Assembly: GCA_943348815.1 (NCBI GenBank)
Contig: CALQYT010000001.1
Location: 12,488 to 76,487, forward strand
Origin: Candidatus Nomurabacteria bacterium
GTDB taxonomy: Bacteria > Patescibacteriota > Minisyncoccia > Phycocordibacterales > SBAW01
Direction: 5' to 3'
Length of the DNA: 64,000 nt
Part shown: positions 42,976 to 53,175 of the stretch, one piece after another
Layout: every line of letters starts with the position of its first letter
Position numbering within the stretch: position 1 is the stretch's first letter
Made by a program: the position numbers and the translations under genes
The notes under the pieces: generated by a model
What the model was told of the DNA's origin: nothing
Seen by the model: only the letters and a program-made list of their open reading frames with translations
Databases searched by the model: none

Positions 42976-45237
42976 TTAATGCTCCGTATCGTCCCGGTGT
43001 ACATCATCTTCCTCCCCTTCTTCTCTGGGTGGTGTTGCTGGTGCGCGGCTTCCCCTGTCAGGTCGTGCGGGAGTTTCATACCCATCTGCTACCTTTTCTC
43101 CCTTACTGCCCAACATATTTTTTACCCGGTCGGCATCCTTGTCGCTGCCGCGTATTTGGGCTATAGCTTCTTGGTCTGCTACTGCAGTATATTTCCAAAA
43201 TGGGAAATAAGGGTGTGAAGCGAGACTCCACACGTTACGCCAATCGTGGGTTTCTAACGATTTTGCGTACGTCTTTGCGTTGTCGCCGCCCACTGCTTTT
43301 TTGGCGTCGACTATGGCAGTTTTTAGATCTTTTACTTTACCATCGGCACCCGTAACGGTAAGATTTTTAACCACTTGATTGTATTCATCCCGCGCGTCGT
43401 TCACCTCTTTTTGGCTCGCGAGGTTGTTCTTTCGGTCTTCTATTTTTTGCGAGTAGGTGCCCGCCGCATTCATCAATCGCTGTCGCTGGTCTTTGTCTAG
43501 TTTTGAAAGCACCCCTCCCAGAGAATCGGAGAGCTGCCGGTCGGTCGGTTTGAGTGCCTTAGATTCTTTCTCGCGCCATTCGGTACGTTTTTGCTCTCTT
43601 GCGAGGAACCCGCCCTCGCCTTTGGCATCACCCACCTCAAGGCCCAACTTGCTCGCTCCTGTTTTAAGGAGGCCAACACCGCGTGCATCAAAACTGGCTT
43701 TTCCCAATGCTCCTGCCGCACGCCAGGCGTTTCTGCGCAATAACCCTCCCTCGGCAGCCCAGTTACGCATTCTAGTACTTTGGGCGGCTCGCAGTGCTCC
43801 ATATCCAATGGTGGTGCGAGCCACCGCGCCAACCGCTCCCAGTGATTTCCCACTGGCCCAGCCCGCAGCTCCCAGTGATTTGCTCTTAGCCCAACCCATA
43901 GCCTTGCTTGCCTCTGCGCTTCCCTCTTTGACGATCCATTCCGACACATTAAGTCCGATATATATAAGCGCTACGATAAAGCCCATCTTAATTGAGACCG
44001 TAGCTATAGCTGCCAAAAAGCCGATGGAGCTGGCACCCGGGCTCCCCGGAGTGGCGTTGATAATCTCTCCAAAAATTCCGCCTGCGCCGTTGCCAGTCGT
44101 ATTAGCTGCAAAGATGGTGCTCACAATTTGAGTGAGCAAATAAAACATAAACAAGAAAATTGCCGGATAGAATGAAAATTCGATCAAATACTTGAGCCAT
44201 TTATCAAAAAAGTGTGCTGTTTTTTCGTTCGTCTTTGCAACAAACGCTAGGGGTGAGGATATAAGGACAAACCACAGCCCCACGATCCGGAGCATAAATT
44301 TAATACCCACCTGCAGGAAGCTAAAGAACAAAAGCCAAAAGATAACCGCTATCGCCAGATAGGCTACGGTAAGTACCGCAAGGCCTCCGATCTCGGCTGC
44401 CCATCCGCCTTGAGTGCCCACCGCCGTTTTAACCGCATCAAATTGTTGTTGATTAAGCAGGCTTTGGGTGCCGAGCCCATTCATAATTGCAAAACTCAAA
44501 TCTTTTGCTCCTCCTACCATGGCCGGAGTACCGTTAGAGTACTGACCTAAAGGAATTGCGTTATAAAATTGCACCGCTAAGATATTCCCCGCATCTATTG
44601 CCACGCGCGTAAAGAAGAAACTAAAGTTTACTAACAGCGCTATTACCACGACCGTCGCAAGCGTTTTGATAGTGCCCGCGGTTTCGGCTTGGAGCATTAT
44701 GGTGAGCGCCAGATAAATGAGGATAAAAATAAACGCCATGTTGGCTAAGTCGCGCACTAATTCCCAACCCGTGGAAAGAAAGTTGAGTGCGTAGGCGGTA
44801 CTGTTGAGCGAAAGTTGTATGACGATGCTAAAGAAGGCGGCACCTATATAAGCGATTTGGCTTGCAAGCGCAGGGCCAACATAATAAACAATGAGTGCCA
44901 TACAGTTGGCGAGGCTGCTGCACGTAATTTGTGAGGTAACACTACTCCCGGGGCGAGGTATCACCTGGCCGGTGGTTTGGCTTGTTACATTTCCGGTAAC
45001 AGGGCTTGCTATCAGGTCTGGGTTCTTGGTGGTTACAGTGCCTCCGAGTGTTGCAGAAACGCAGGCGTTATTGTCGGCTTGAGTAATAGTATGGCCGTCG
45101 ATGACGGTACCTACACTAGGACAGGCCGACGGCGCCGCCTGGGCTTTCTTTACTCCAACGGGGGTTGTCCCTATGGCTAGGGCTACCAATAGCACGAAGG
45201 CCCCCCCAAGAATTATTTTTAGAATTTTATTGCGCAT
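42976..45237 (-). CDS. VirB6/TrbL-like polytopic T4SS channel protein (TcpH-like, 753 aa)
   Basis: Signal peptide, ~100-aa extracytoplasmic domain, at least 6 TM helices, and a long Lys/Ala/Gly-rich hydrophilic C-terminal domain. Confidence 0.6.
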   Translation of the reverse strand: MRNKILKIILGGAFVLLVALAIGTTPVGVKKAQAAPSACPSVGTVIDGHTITQADNNACVSATLGGTVTTKNPDLIASPVTGNVTSQTTGQVIPRPGSSVTSQITCSSLANCMALIVYYVGPALASQIAYIGAAFFSIVIQLSLNSTAYALNFLSTGWELVRDLANMAFIFILIYLALTIMLQAETAGTIKTLATVVVIALLVNFSFFFTRVAIDAGNILAVQFYNAIPLGQYSNGTPAMVGGAKDLSFAIMNGLGTQSLLNQQQFDAVKTAVGTQGGWAAEIGGLAVLTVAYLAIAVIFWLLFFSFLQVGIKFMLRIVGLWFVLISSPLAFVAKTNEKTAHFFDKWLKYLIEFSFYPAIFLFMFYLLTQIVSTIFAANTTGNGAGGIFGEIINATPGSPGASSIGFLAAIATVSIKMGFIVALIYIGLNVSEWIVKEGSAEASKAMGWAKSKSLGAAGWASGKSLGAVGAVARTTIGYGALRAAQSTRMRNWAAEGGLLRRNAWRAAGALGKASFDARGVGLLKTGASKLGLEVGDAKGEGGFLAREQKRTEWREKESKALKPTDRQLSDSLGGVLSKLDKDQRQRLMNAAGTYSQKIEDRKNNLASQKEVNDARDEYNQVVKNLTVTGADGKVKDLKTAIVDAKKAVGGDNAKTYAKSLETHDWRNVWSLASHPYFPFWKYTAVADQEAIAQIRGSDKDADRVKNMLGSKGEKVADGYETPARPDRGSRAPATPPREEGEEDDVHRDDTEH

Positions 45238-47065
45238 AGCAGGCGGCGAGTTGACCTTGAGTTATCGAGTTGCGACCGGAGAGATTGCTTTGCAGCGTCG
45301 TGCGGTCTTGGGTGGCGGTGGTAACATCCGCATCGGTGATAAACGCACCCGCCGCCTGCGCTTGTTGGAAAGAGCTCGTGACCGCCGCCACATCTGCCGG
45401 CGAGGCCACGCTGATAGTGCGCGTCTGCAGGTCTTGCAGGAGTGCAATCGTTTGGTTGGCACGGGTGATGTAGTTGTTGTACATAGCAATCATCACCTGA
45501 TAGTTGTTTATTATTTCTTGGGTGCTCGATGCGTGCTGACTGTCGCCTTTGCTATCGTAACAGTTAAACAAGTCCTGCAATTTTTGTTGCGTGCTCTGGA
45601 TGTCGCTGATGCTCGCCTGCTCGACACTGCCAAACTGCTGTGCGGTCTGCACCAAATTTTGGAGCTTGGTAAGTAATGTCTGCGCATCGGCCTGTGCCTG
45701 TTGCTCGGCGGGGGTCAGATAGCTCGACGCGTACCCGTTTTGGCCCGAGAGGCTCGAGAGTCCTTGGTAGAGCGTGCGGGTTACGAGCTGGTTGAGGAGC
45801 GCGTTGATTATTTCGTCAAAACTTTTAGCCAACTGGTTGGCCAAGAAAGGTTGTTTGAGGGTTTCTTTGAGCGATGACTCCACCAAGGCGCTTGGGGTTG
45901 AGACTTTGCAATTAGTCGAGCCGGGTGGGTCGCATTTTTTGACCGAAATAAATCCGCCAGGGCTGAGGTTGCGGTTAGCATCGGTGAGCGCATTTTGTTG
46001 TGCGGTCGCGAGCCCTACCTGCGCGTAGGCGTAGGCGCCAAACGGGTTGTTGGTTGGCATAGTGGTAAATTGCAGCAGTCCCGGCCATCCACCTTGAGAA
46101 AAGTTGCCGTTCATAAAACCGGTCAGGTTTTTGACAATACCCGTGAGGGAGCAGGAGCCGGCGTTACGCTGCGCATAACTTTGCGCGATGGCAATGCGAA
46201 TTTGATTTTTGAATGGTGAGCAGAGGAACGAGAGCGCCGTGCCCTTGATAAACTCGCCTGCGGCTTGGTCGCCTACGTTGGTAAAGAATTGCTGAAAGTT
46301 TTGTACAAACGACGGTTTACCATTGAAGCCCGAGTTGATCCAGTTGACGATGCTGTTGGTCATCTGTTGGATCACCGCTTTAGCAATAGTGCGCGCCAAG
46401 CAGTCGCTGACATCTTTAAATTGATTTTGCGAGCGCTGTTTGTACGCATTAAAGTCGTAGGTGAGCACAAACCCGCCCGCTAGTGACGCCGCGCCGCGCG
46501 CGCTCGCGTCGGCATTCGCCGGTGCTTCGCTGGTGGCAAAGAGTACTGCGCAGCCTGCCGCCGCGCCAAAGAGCCCGCCCAACCCAAGCCCCAAACCATT
46601 GTTGGAACCTTGATCGCTAAAACCGGTGCCGACAATATAAGGAGTGCCGTCCACACCGCCATCTAACTGGTTAATACCCGAGGGGACAAAACTCGTGGTC
46701 GGTCTACCGGTCCCTCCGTTACCACCGCTCGCGCTCCCGTCCCCGCCTAGCCAATCTACCCCTGGTGCGCCCGCAATACCCTGGGCCGGAGCAACCCCAC
46801 CCCCCGTGCTGTTGGCATAGGGGTTAACCGCCACTCCTACGTTAGTCGCCCCCGTGGTGCCGCCGCCCACGCCGGTTATGTTAGTAGCAACATTCCCCGT
46901 CGTGCCCGCACCGCTCGTCCCTCCCTGCCTATCTTGCCCGGTGCCAAAACTCCCGGCAGGTGCTTGTGTGTTACTCTTGCCGCTAAAAAACCAAAACCAC
47001 AAAAAACCAATCAGGAGCGCAAAGGCTACCGCGGCGAGAATTATAAGGATAACGCGTTTGGTCAT
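45227..47065 (-). CDS. large membrane-anchored Gly/Thr-rich secreted protein (T4SS operon)
   Basis: N-terminal TM MTKRVILIILAAVAFALLIGFLWFWFF, a Gly/Thr low-complexity region, and a C-terminal Gln-rich coiled-coil region. 612 aa. Confidence 0.45.
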   Translation of the reverse strand: MTKRVILIILAAVAFALLIGFLWFWFFSGKSNTQAPAGSFGTGQDRQGGTSGAGTTGNVATNITGVGGGTTGATNVGVAVNPYANSTGGGVAPAQGIAGAPGVDWLGGDGSASGGNGGTGRPTTSFVPSGINQLDGGVDGTPYIVGTGFSDQGSNNGLGLGLGGLFGAAAGCAVLFATSEAPANADASARGAASLAGGFVLTYDFNAYKQRSQNQFKDVSDCLARTIAKAVIQQMTNSIVNWINSGFNGKPSFVQNFQQFFTNVGDQAAGEFIKGTALSFLCSPFKNQIRIAIAQSYAQRNAGSCSLTGIVKNLTGFMNGNFSQGGWPGLLQFTTMPTNNPFGAYAYAQVGLATAQQNALTDANRNLSPGGFISVKKCDPPGSTNCKVSTPSALVESSLKETLKQPFLANQLAKSFDEIINALLNQLVTRTLYQGLSSLSGQNGYASSYLTPAEQQAQADAQTLLTKLQNLVQTAQQFGSVEQASISDIQSTQQKLQDLFNCYDSKGDSQHASSTQEIINNYQVMIAMYNNYITRANQTIALLQDLQTRTISVASPADVAAVTSSFQQAQAAGAFITDADVTTATQDRTTLQSNLSGRNSITQGQLAACYAQ

Positions 47066-47958
47066 TGGATAGGGGTAGACACAAAAACAGTCCAGGCTGC
47101 GCCCGGTTCGCTGTTAGTAAAAAGTATACCGTTCTTGCCAAACTGTTCGGCGATAGATGTGAACACACGCGCAACTTCGCCCAGCAGGAGTTGATACTGC
47201 TGCAGCGCTTGTAGTCCGCGCAGCGGATCCTCAAACAATTTTTGCATATCTCCTACTGAGTTGGCCGCCGCTGCAAGGTCGTTGAGTGCTTGTACGTGCA
47301 GCGGTGCAAGCGTTTTGGGCACGCGGAGTTTGGTTAAGTCAGCAACCAATGCTTGGTACTCGTGTTGGACGTGCGCCAATGCTTGCAGTTGCGCGGGGCT
47401 GTCGCTGTCGGTCGCGTTGCTCATCGCGAGCAAAACATTTCTCGAAGTCGCGTCTTGGTGATTGCCTAAGGCAACCATCACCGCATTGCCGTAGTCGTGG
47501 CGCGTCTGTGTTGAGTCTTCAACTAACGTTACGTCGCTCTGGGTGTACGTTTTGGGCGTGCCGGCAACGCCGACGTTTTGGCTCACACTGGCAATAATGC
47601 TCTCTTGGGTTGGGATATCGCTCCCCATCCCCTGAGCGCTCGCGTCGCTTAAGTTTACAAACAGCGAGCGGGCGACGGTGTCGGTAAGATTGTTGCTCTT
47701 AGCGGCATTTAATAAGTTGGCGACCGCGTTTTCATCTGGTGCAGGCGGCAAACCGGGCGAGTCGGCCTGGATCTGGTCCAACTGTGCGCGCCAGTCTTCC
47801 TGTGCTTGTGCGGCCACTGCCGCGTCGTTGGTTGCAACGGTCGCCGGTGCGTGCGGGGTGGTTAAGTACTGCGATCCGACAATAAGTCCTGCTGCGGCGG
47901 CGATTGAGCCGGCGATACTTAAAAAATGCGTACTCGGTAAGTAAGCCGGGAGCCTCAT
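47062..47958 (-). CDS. membrane-anchored hypothetical protein (first gene of the T4SS operon; possibly VirB8-like)
   Basis: N-terminal TM (FLSIAGSIAAAAGLIVG) and a 270-aa extracytoplasmic domain. ATGA overlap with the next gene. Confidence 0.4.
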   Translation of the reverse strand: MRLPAYLPSTHFLSIAGSIAAAAGLIVGSQYLTTPHAPATVATNDAAVAAQAQEDWRAQLDQIQADSPGLPPAPDENAVANLLNAAKSNNLTDTVARSLFVNLSDASAQGMGSDIPTQESIIASVSQNVGVAGTPKTYTQSDVTLVEDSTQTRHDYGNAVMVALGNHQDATSRNVLLAMSNATDSDSPAQLQALAHVQHEYQALVADLTKLRVPKTLAPLHVQALNDLAAAANSVGDMQKLFEDPLRGLQALQQYQLLLGEVARVFTSIAEQFGKNGILFTNSEPGAAWTVFVSTPIQ

Positions 47959-47979
47959 TACCTAAAGTATACTGTATAT

Positions 47980-48339
47980 ATGTACGCATTCAGACGGTTA
48001 CTACTGGTGGTTTTTATAGCGGGGAGCCTGTTAGTACCCTTTTTTGCCTCAGCCTACGGCATTTCGTTCGGCGGCCGAGTTGTTGATATGAATTTTTGTG
48101 TAAATGGAGCTATACAGTTTACGGTTTTGCCCGCGGGCAAGTTTCCTATAACCTATCTCTGGACTCCTTTGGTTAGACACAACTACCTGTCCCCCACCCC
48201 CACTAAGCCACCGGTGTTTGGCGAGCAAATATTAGGGTTTGCACTGCCGGCCCCCACTTTTTGTCTTGGTCCGGGCAAGTATCCTCACCAATACTTTGGC
48301 TTGCCGGTACAGTACGAGCGCTCAAGTTACGATATTTAG
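47980..48339 (+). CDS. secreted hypothetical protein
   Basis: Signal peptide MYAFRRLLLVVFIAGSLLVPFFASAYG. Divergent from the T4SS operon. Confidence 0.4.
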   Translation: MYAFRRLLLVVFIAGSLLVPFFASAYGISFGGRVVDMNFCVNGAIQFTVLPAGKFPITYLWTPLVRHNYLSPTPTKPPVFGEQILGFALPAPTFCLGPGKYPHQYFGLPVQYERSSYDI

Positions 48340-49058
48340 GAGCGACTTAGCTCAAGCCACTCTCCTAGCGAGACATCTTCGGCACGAGCGGTGCTGAGTG
48401 CGCCAATGTCACCGAGGGTGTTTCTAAGCAACTTTCTTTTTTGAGAAAATCCTTTTTTAACTAATTCGAAAAACTTTTCTTCGTGCTTTTTGTTTTTAAA
48501 ATTGGTGCGCGAAATATTTTCTATAAGCAAAATAGCCGAGTCTACTTTCGGTGGTGGCGAAAAAGCTCCGGCCGGAACCGTCTTTATGTATTTTGGATTT
48601 CCATACGCTTTTACCGAAAGAGAGAGGATACTTTCTTTTTTTGAACGCGCGATGCGTTGCGCGACCTCTTTTTGCACCAAAAATACTAACCGCGATGGCT
48701 GGTGTTCTGTTGTTAAGAATTTTTTAAACAGTGCTCCAGAAATGTAGTACGGAATATTACCCACGACTTTGTAATCTTTTAAGGCATAGTTTGATATATC
48801 AAACTCTAGTGCATCGCCCTCAATCACTTCTAAATCTTTTCCCGAAAACTTTTTGCGCAACCCTTCAATCAAGCGCGAATCTTTTTCGAGCGCAATAACG
48901 TTTGCACCGCGTTCAAGTAACTTCTCGGTTAACGCTCCCTCCCCTGGGCCAATTTCTAATACCGTCTCCCCTTCTTTGATATCAGCAGCATCAGCCACCG
49001 TATTCAAATAAAACGGGTTGTGCAAAAAGTGTTGCCCAAGTGATTTCTTTTTATACAT
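48336..49058 (-). CDS. rsmA: 16S rRNA (adenine1518/1519-N6)-dimethyltransferase KsgA/RsmA
   Basis: MYKKKSLGQHFLHNPFYLNTVADAADIKEGETVLEIGPGEGALT is a KsgA signature. The ATG start is approximate because the hand translation and the ORF track disagree by one base. Confidence 0.8.
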   Translation of the reverse strand: MYKKKSLGQHFLHNPFYLNTVADAADIKEGETVLEIGPGEGALTEKLLERGANVIALEKDSRLIEGLRKKFSGKDLEVIEGDALEFDISNYALKDYKVVGNIPYYISGALFKKFLTTEHQPSRLVFLVQKEVAQRIARSKKESILSLSVKAYGNPKYIKTVPAGAFSPPPKVDSAILLIENISRTNFKNKKHEEKFFELVKKGFSQKRKLLRNTLGDIGALSTARAEDVSLGEWLELSRS

Positions 49059-49917
49059 GGGCAAGTTGTTGAAGAGAAAACTGGCTACAGTACAGCTCCC
49101 CGAATTCAAGCGGGATTACGGGCAGGTTGATGTTTCTTGTTTCTAAAAAAGTGCGCACACCCTCGACCTGTTCTTGCGGCACTTCCACATGAGTAAATCG
49201 TTCAAAAGGAACTCCGCCTAAGGTGCGTGCTTCTAGGCGCTGCAAAAATGGCATGACCCCTTTCCCCTCCACTGCCTCTTTCTTTACCCCAAACAATATT
49301 GAATGGTTCCCCTCGATGTCGGAGCGCAGATCGTAAGCGCGCCAAACAGGAATGACTTTATGCTTTTCCAAATTACAAACCGCACTCATCCATGTGCGCA
49401 TATGTTTGAAAAAATGTGGGCTCAGTACCGTTTGTCGCATAAAGCTCCATTGTCCGGGCTTCAGTTGAGTAAACAGTTCCTTGAAGGCCACCATAAAAAA
49501 GAAGGACATCCAAAAACGAGTGCCCCCGAAAACATATTTCAACCACACTCCTTCCCGTAGATGTATATGTGCGTATAATCTTGCGTTCATGCGTGACGGC
49601 GCTAACGAAACTGTTTTGCCGACCCCCGCCCACAGATCCTGGTGGGCAATAAGTCCTCCACTTTCAGCAATTGAGTTCAAAATATCAACAATCCTTTCAT
49701 TGTCTGTTAGTCCGAAGAAGCGCGAATTGCCGGAGTGGACATAATGATAACGCCCTGTACCGTGCCAATAGGTCGCTTTGTCGTAGCAGCGCTCTATGGT
49801 TGGGAGATACGCTTCATACTCATGCGCTAACTCCTTTTTAACGCTTTCAGCATCTCGCCTGTACCGAGCCAGATGCTTTTCGCTTCGAGACAATATGAAA
49901 GTTCCGATAATACCCAT
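49051..49917 (-). CDS. hypothetical protein
   Basis: 288-aa ORF with no recognisable motif. Confidence 0.45.
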   Translation of the reverse strand: MGIIGTFILSRSEKHLARYRRDAESVKKELAHEYEAYLPTIERCYDKATYWHGTGRYHYVHSGNSRFFGLTDNERIVDILNSIAESGGLIAHQDLWAGVGKTVSLAPSRMNARLYAHIHLREGVWLKYVFGGTRFWMSFFFMVAFKELFTQLKPGQWSFMRQTVLSPHFFKHMRTWMSAVCNLEKHKVIPVWRAYDLRSDIEGNHSILFGVKKEAVEGKGVMPFLQRLEARTLGGVPFERFTHVEVPQEQVEGVRTFLETRNINLPVIPLEFGELYCSQFSLQQLAHV

Positions 49918-49919
49918 AG

Positions 49920-51827
49920 TTAATCCAAGTATATCGTTTTGCCCAGACGCTCGGGGGTTTCGGGTTCGATGAGTTCCTGCGGCAACTCTTGCAAAAAGGT
50001 TGAGGCCTGGCGGATATCGGTCGAGCCAAACACGGTACGCATCATGGCAAAACTCAAATATATTTTCTTTTGTGCCCGCGTCAGCGCCACGTACATCAAT
50101 CGCCGCTCTTCTTCGATCGCATTTTTTTCTTCGTCTTCTCGGCTGTAGGGGAAGAGCCCTTCCTCAAGCCCCACAATAAACACGTAAGGGAATTCTAACC
50201 CTTTGGCAGCGTGTACGGTCATCAGCCGCACCGCATCGCGTTCTTCTTTAAGTTCGTCCTGGTCACTCGCTAATGCGGCTGACTCTAAAAACGCCTCGAG
50301 TCCACTCGGCGCAGGTTGTCCATCGTATCGAACGGCAAGCGAAACGAGTTCGCGGAGGTTCTCCAACCGCTCCCCACCTTCGATCTTGTCGTCCTTGAGT
50401 GTCTGTTCAATGCCGCTTTCGACAATAGCCATCCGCACGAGGTGTGACGGCTGCAAGTTAGCAGCATGTACGCCAATTTTTTGCAGCGTCGCACGGGCCC
50501 GGCTCAAACGCTCGCGGATTTTTGGCGCCAAAGTATGTTCCTGCCCGGCCAAAATTTTAAGTTTGCTCACTTTGCCTACGCCCGAGAGCGTATCAATCAC
50601 CCGTGCAAGCTCGGTCGGAGTTTCTGAAATCGCCGCGCGCAGCCATGCCAACACGTCCTTAACTTCTTTGCGCTCAAAAAAGCGCGTACCAAGGACTTGG
50701 TAGGGTATGCCAGCGTCGAGCAACTTTTCTTCAATCGCGCGGGACTGAAAGTTCGCCCGATACAGCACAGCAATACTTTGCGGCCGCGCGCCGTCGTGTA
50801 TGAGCTCACCAATTTTGCGCGCGACAAACAGCGCTTCGTCTCCCCCGTCGCCGGCGGCATAGAGCGCCAACTTTTCGCCCGGCCCTGCCTCGGTAAATAA
50901 TCTTTTTTCTGGCCGGTTTGGGTTGTTGGCAATCAATTCGTTGGCTGCATCCAAAATATTTTGGCTTGAGCGATAGTTTTGCTCCAGCACTACCACGTGC
51001 CCGCCAAACTTTTTTTCAAACGACAGCATGTTTTCGATCATAGCGCCGCGCCACCCGTAAATAGTTTGGTCGAGGTCGCCCACGACGCAAATATTTTTCT
51101 GTGGCCCGACCAACAGCTCGGCCAAGGTTGCTTGTATAGCATTGGTGTCCTGATACTCGTCGATGTGCAAATATTCCCAACGCTCCTGATATTTTTTACG
51201 CACCTCCGGATTTGTCTGCAGCAACACCACCGCGCGTACGAGTAGGTCGTCAAAGTCCAGAGCACCACTCTCGCGCAGCTCTTTTTCGTACACCAGCCAC
51301 GCACGGGCAACGTCGCGCTCCATGGGGCTCGTAGCCCCGGCAGTAAAGGAGTCGGCATCCACCCCCTCGCCTTTGTTGCGCGATATGACCGCCAGCACCA
51401 TCCGTGGCTCCAAATCTTCGGCGCCGATCGTTTTGAGTGCGTGCTTAATTTCGCGCAGAGAGTCGCCGCGGTCATAAATGGCCGGGTTGCGTTTAAGCCC
51501 CAATACTTTGTGGTTCTCTTTAATAAGGGTCAGGCCCAGGGAGTGAAAAGTCGAAATAAAGGGGATATCTTTAAGGTTCGACCTTGGAGAGCCTTGAGCG
51601 AAGGTCGAACCTTGGATGCGATTACGCATTTCTTGCGCCGCTTTGTTAGTAAAGGTAACCGCAAGGACTTTTTCCGGCGCCACCCCTTGGCGGATAATCT
51701 CGCGGATGCGCTCGACAATAACGCGGGTCTTCCCCGCACCGGCGCCCGCTATCACTAAGAGCGGCCCCCCTATTGTCAAAACGGCTTTTTGTTGTTGAGC
51801 GTTAAGTTGGAGCGGAACCTTCATCAC
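49920..51827 (-). CDS. pcrA: ATP-dependent DNA helicase (UvrD/PcrA/Rep family)
   Basis: Motif I GPLLVIAGAGAGKT, Ia TFTNKAAQEM, II IDEYQDTN, and the remaining SF1 motifs. Confidence 0.9.
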   Translation of the reverse strand: MMKVPLQLNAQQQKAVLTIGGPLLVIAGAGAGKTRVIVERIREIIRQGVAPEKVLAVTFTNKAAQEMRNRIQGSTFAQGSPRSNLKDIPFISTFHSLGLTLIKENHKVLGLKRNPAIYDRGDSLREIKHALKTIGAEDLEPRMVLAVISRNKGEGVDADSFTAGATSPMERDVARAWLVYEKELRESGALDFDDLLVRAVVLLQTNPEVRKKYQERWEYLHIDEYQDTNAIQATLAELLVGPQKNICVVGDLDQTIYGWRGAMIENMLSFEKKFGGHVVVLEQNYRSSQNILDAANELIANNPNRPEKRLFTEAGPGEKLALYAAGDGGDEALFVARKIGELIHDGARPQSIAVLYRANFQSRAIEEKLLDAGIPYQVLGTRFFERKEVKDVLAWLRAAISETPTELARVIDTLSGVGKVSKLKILAGQEHTLAPKIRERLSRARATLQKIGVHAANLQPSHLVRMAIVESGIEQTLKDDKIEGGERLENLRELVSLAVRYDGQPAPSGLEAFLESAALASDQDELKEERDAVRLMTVHAAKGLEFPYVFIVGLEEGLFPYSREDEEKNAIEEERRLMYVALTRAQKKIYLSFAMMRTVFGSTDIRQASTFLQELPQELIEPETPERLGKTIYLD

Positions 51828-52047
51828 CCTGAAGATAGCATATTGACCTTATTTTTCAACGTTTTTTCATGAACGGGGCTTCAGTTTTCCACAGCCTTCA
51901 AACTAAGTAGTTGACGGGCTAAGACCCCCCTGCGTATAGTGAGAGAGTACAGGGATGGGAGCAAGAAAGTGGCTCTGTAGAGCCATTTTTTAGCGGAATA
52001 CGAGAGAAATTCACCTGTCTGCCGGCGGGCAGGGCCTGAACACACCT

Positions 52048-53160
52048 TTGGAACCAACTCCTCAACATTCTTCCCCGCGTCTCGCGGAGAAGCTCAAACG
52101 TTCGGTTCTCTACATCCTTGCTTCATCGGGCGGATTTTTGTTTTTCCTCGCTCCCGCAGTAGTGTCGGCGAGCATTTTTTCTATCCCAGCTCTCCTCCAC
52201 AGTTTTTCTAACGAGTCTCAGGCGGCTGCAACGCAGTACAACTCGCAAACCGTTTCGCTCCTTACTCCCGCGCACAATATCGACCCAAGCCCCTCGGTGG
52301 GTGGTGGCGATATCGAGCTGGTCGGCGGCACGGCGCTCATGTCCGAAGACGGCCCATCCGGCACCCAGGCCGATGTCGAGAACGCGCCGCCGCAAGCGAG
52401 CGCTATTTCGGTATACACCGTGCACAAGGGCGACACGCTGCAGGCGATAGCCAAAATGTTTGGCGTTTCTCCTAACACCATCGTGTGGGCCAACAATCTT
52501 CCCGGCGGTGTTATTCATGAAGGCGACCAACTGATTATCCTCCCTATCTCGGGGGTTAAATACATCGTTCAAAAAGGCGACACGGTTGCTGCGATCGCCA
52601 AAAAATATAAAGCCGATGCCAACGAAGTAGCGCAGTACAACAACCTAGCACTTGATGCGGCGCTGCAAGAAGGAAGTGTCCTTATCATCCCCAACGGCGA
52701 GGTACCGCCTACCGCCGCACAAATTGCTCAGACTGCGCATCAAAAATCGATCACGAAAATTAAAAAGGGTGCTTCTGAACCGTTTTTGGGTGGCAGCGGC
52801 CCGGCAATCGACGGTTACTTTAGCTGGCCGGTCGCGGGTGGCGTTATTACGCAAGGTTTGCACGGATGGAATGCGGTAGACATCGGCGCGCCGTCGGGCA
52901 CGCCTATTTATGCGGCGGCAGGTGGTACGGTGATTGTCGCCCGCTCGGGCGGGTGGAATGGCGGCTACGGCAGTTACGTGGTTGTCTCGCATCCTAACGG
53001 AACACAAACCCTCTACGCGCACATGAGTCGCGTGCTGGTATCGCCCGGCCAGGCGGTGGCGCAAGGCACGACGCTCGGCAAGGTCGGCAAAACCGGTCTC
53101 GCCACCGGTCCGCACTTGCACTTTGAGGTCCGCGGTGCGGTCAACCCATTTGCAAATTAG
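52048..53160 (+). CDS. LysM-domain M23-family peptidoglycan endopeptidase
   Basis: Two LysM repeats (VHKGDTLQAIAKMFGVS..., VQKGDTVAAIAKKYKAD...) and an M23 catalytic region (...GTPIYAAAGG...HLHFEV). Confidence 0.8.
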   Translation: MEPTPQHSSPRLAEKLKRSVLYILASSGGFLFFLAPAVVSASIFSIPALLHSFSNESQAAATQYNSQTVSLLTPAHNIDPSPSVGGGDIELVGGTALMSEDGPSGTQADVENAPPQASAISVYTVHKGDTLQAIAKMFGVSPNTIVWANNLPGGVIHEGDQLIILPISGVKYIVQKGDTVAAIAKKYKADANEVAQYNNLALDAALQEGSVLIIPNGEVPPTAAQIAQTAHQKSITKIKKGASEPFLGGSGPAIDGYFSWPVAGGVITQGLHGWNAVDIGAPSGTPIYAAAGGTVIVARSGGWNGGYGSYVVVSHPNGTQTLYAHMSRVLVSPGQAVAQGTTLGKVGKTGLATGPHLHFEVRGAVNPFAN

Positions 53161-53175
53161 CTTTATACTAAAGGG

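Noticed and set aside
36316-47944. Numerous plus-strand ORFs within the T4SS operon (e.g. 36711..37121, 38588..39082, 43457..44131, 45101..45676, 47286..47597)
   Set aside because: They are antisense to a continuous, overlapping minus-strand operon with recognisable VirB4, VirB6 and VirB3 genes. They are Arg/Ala/Cys-rich with no motifs.
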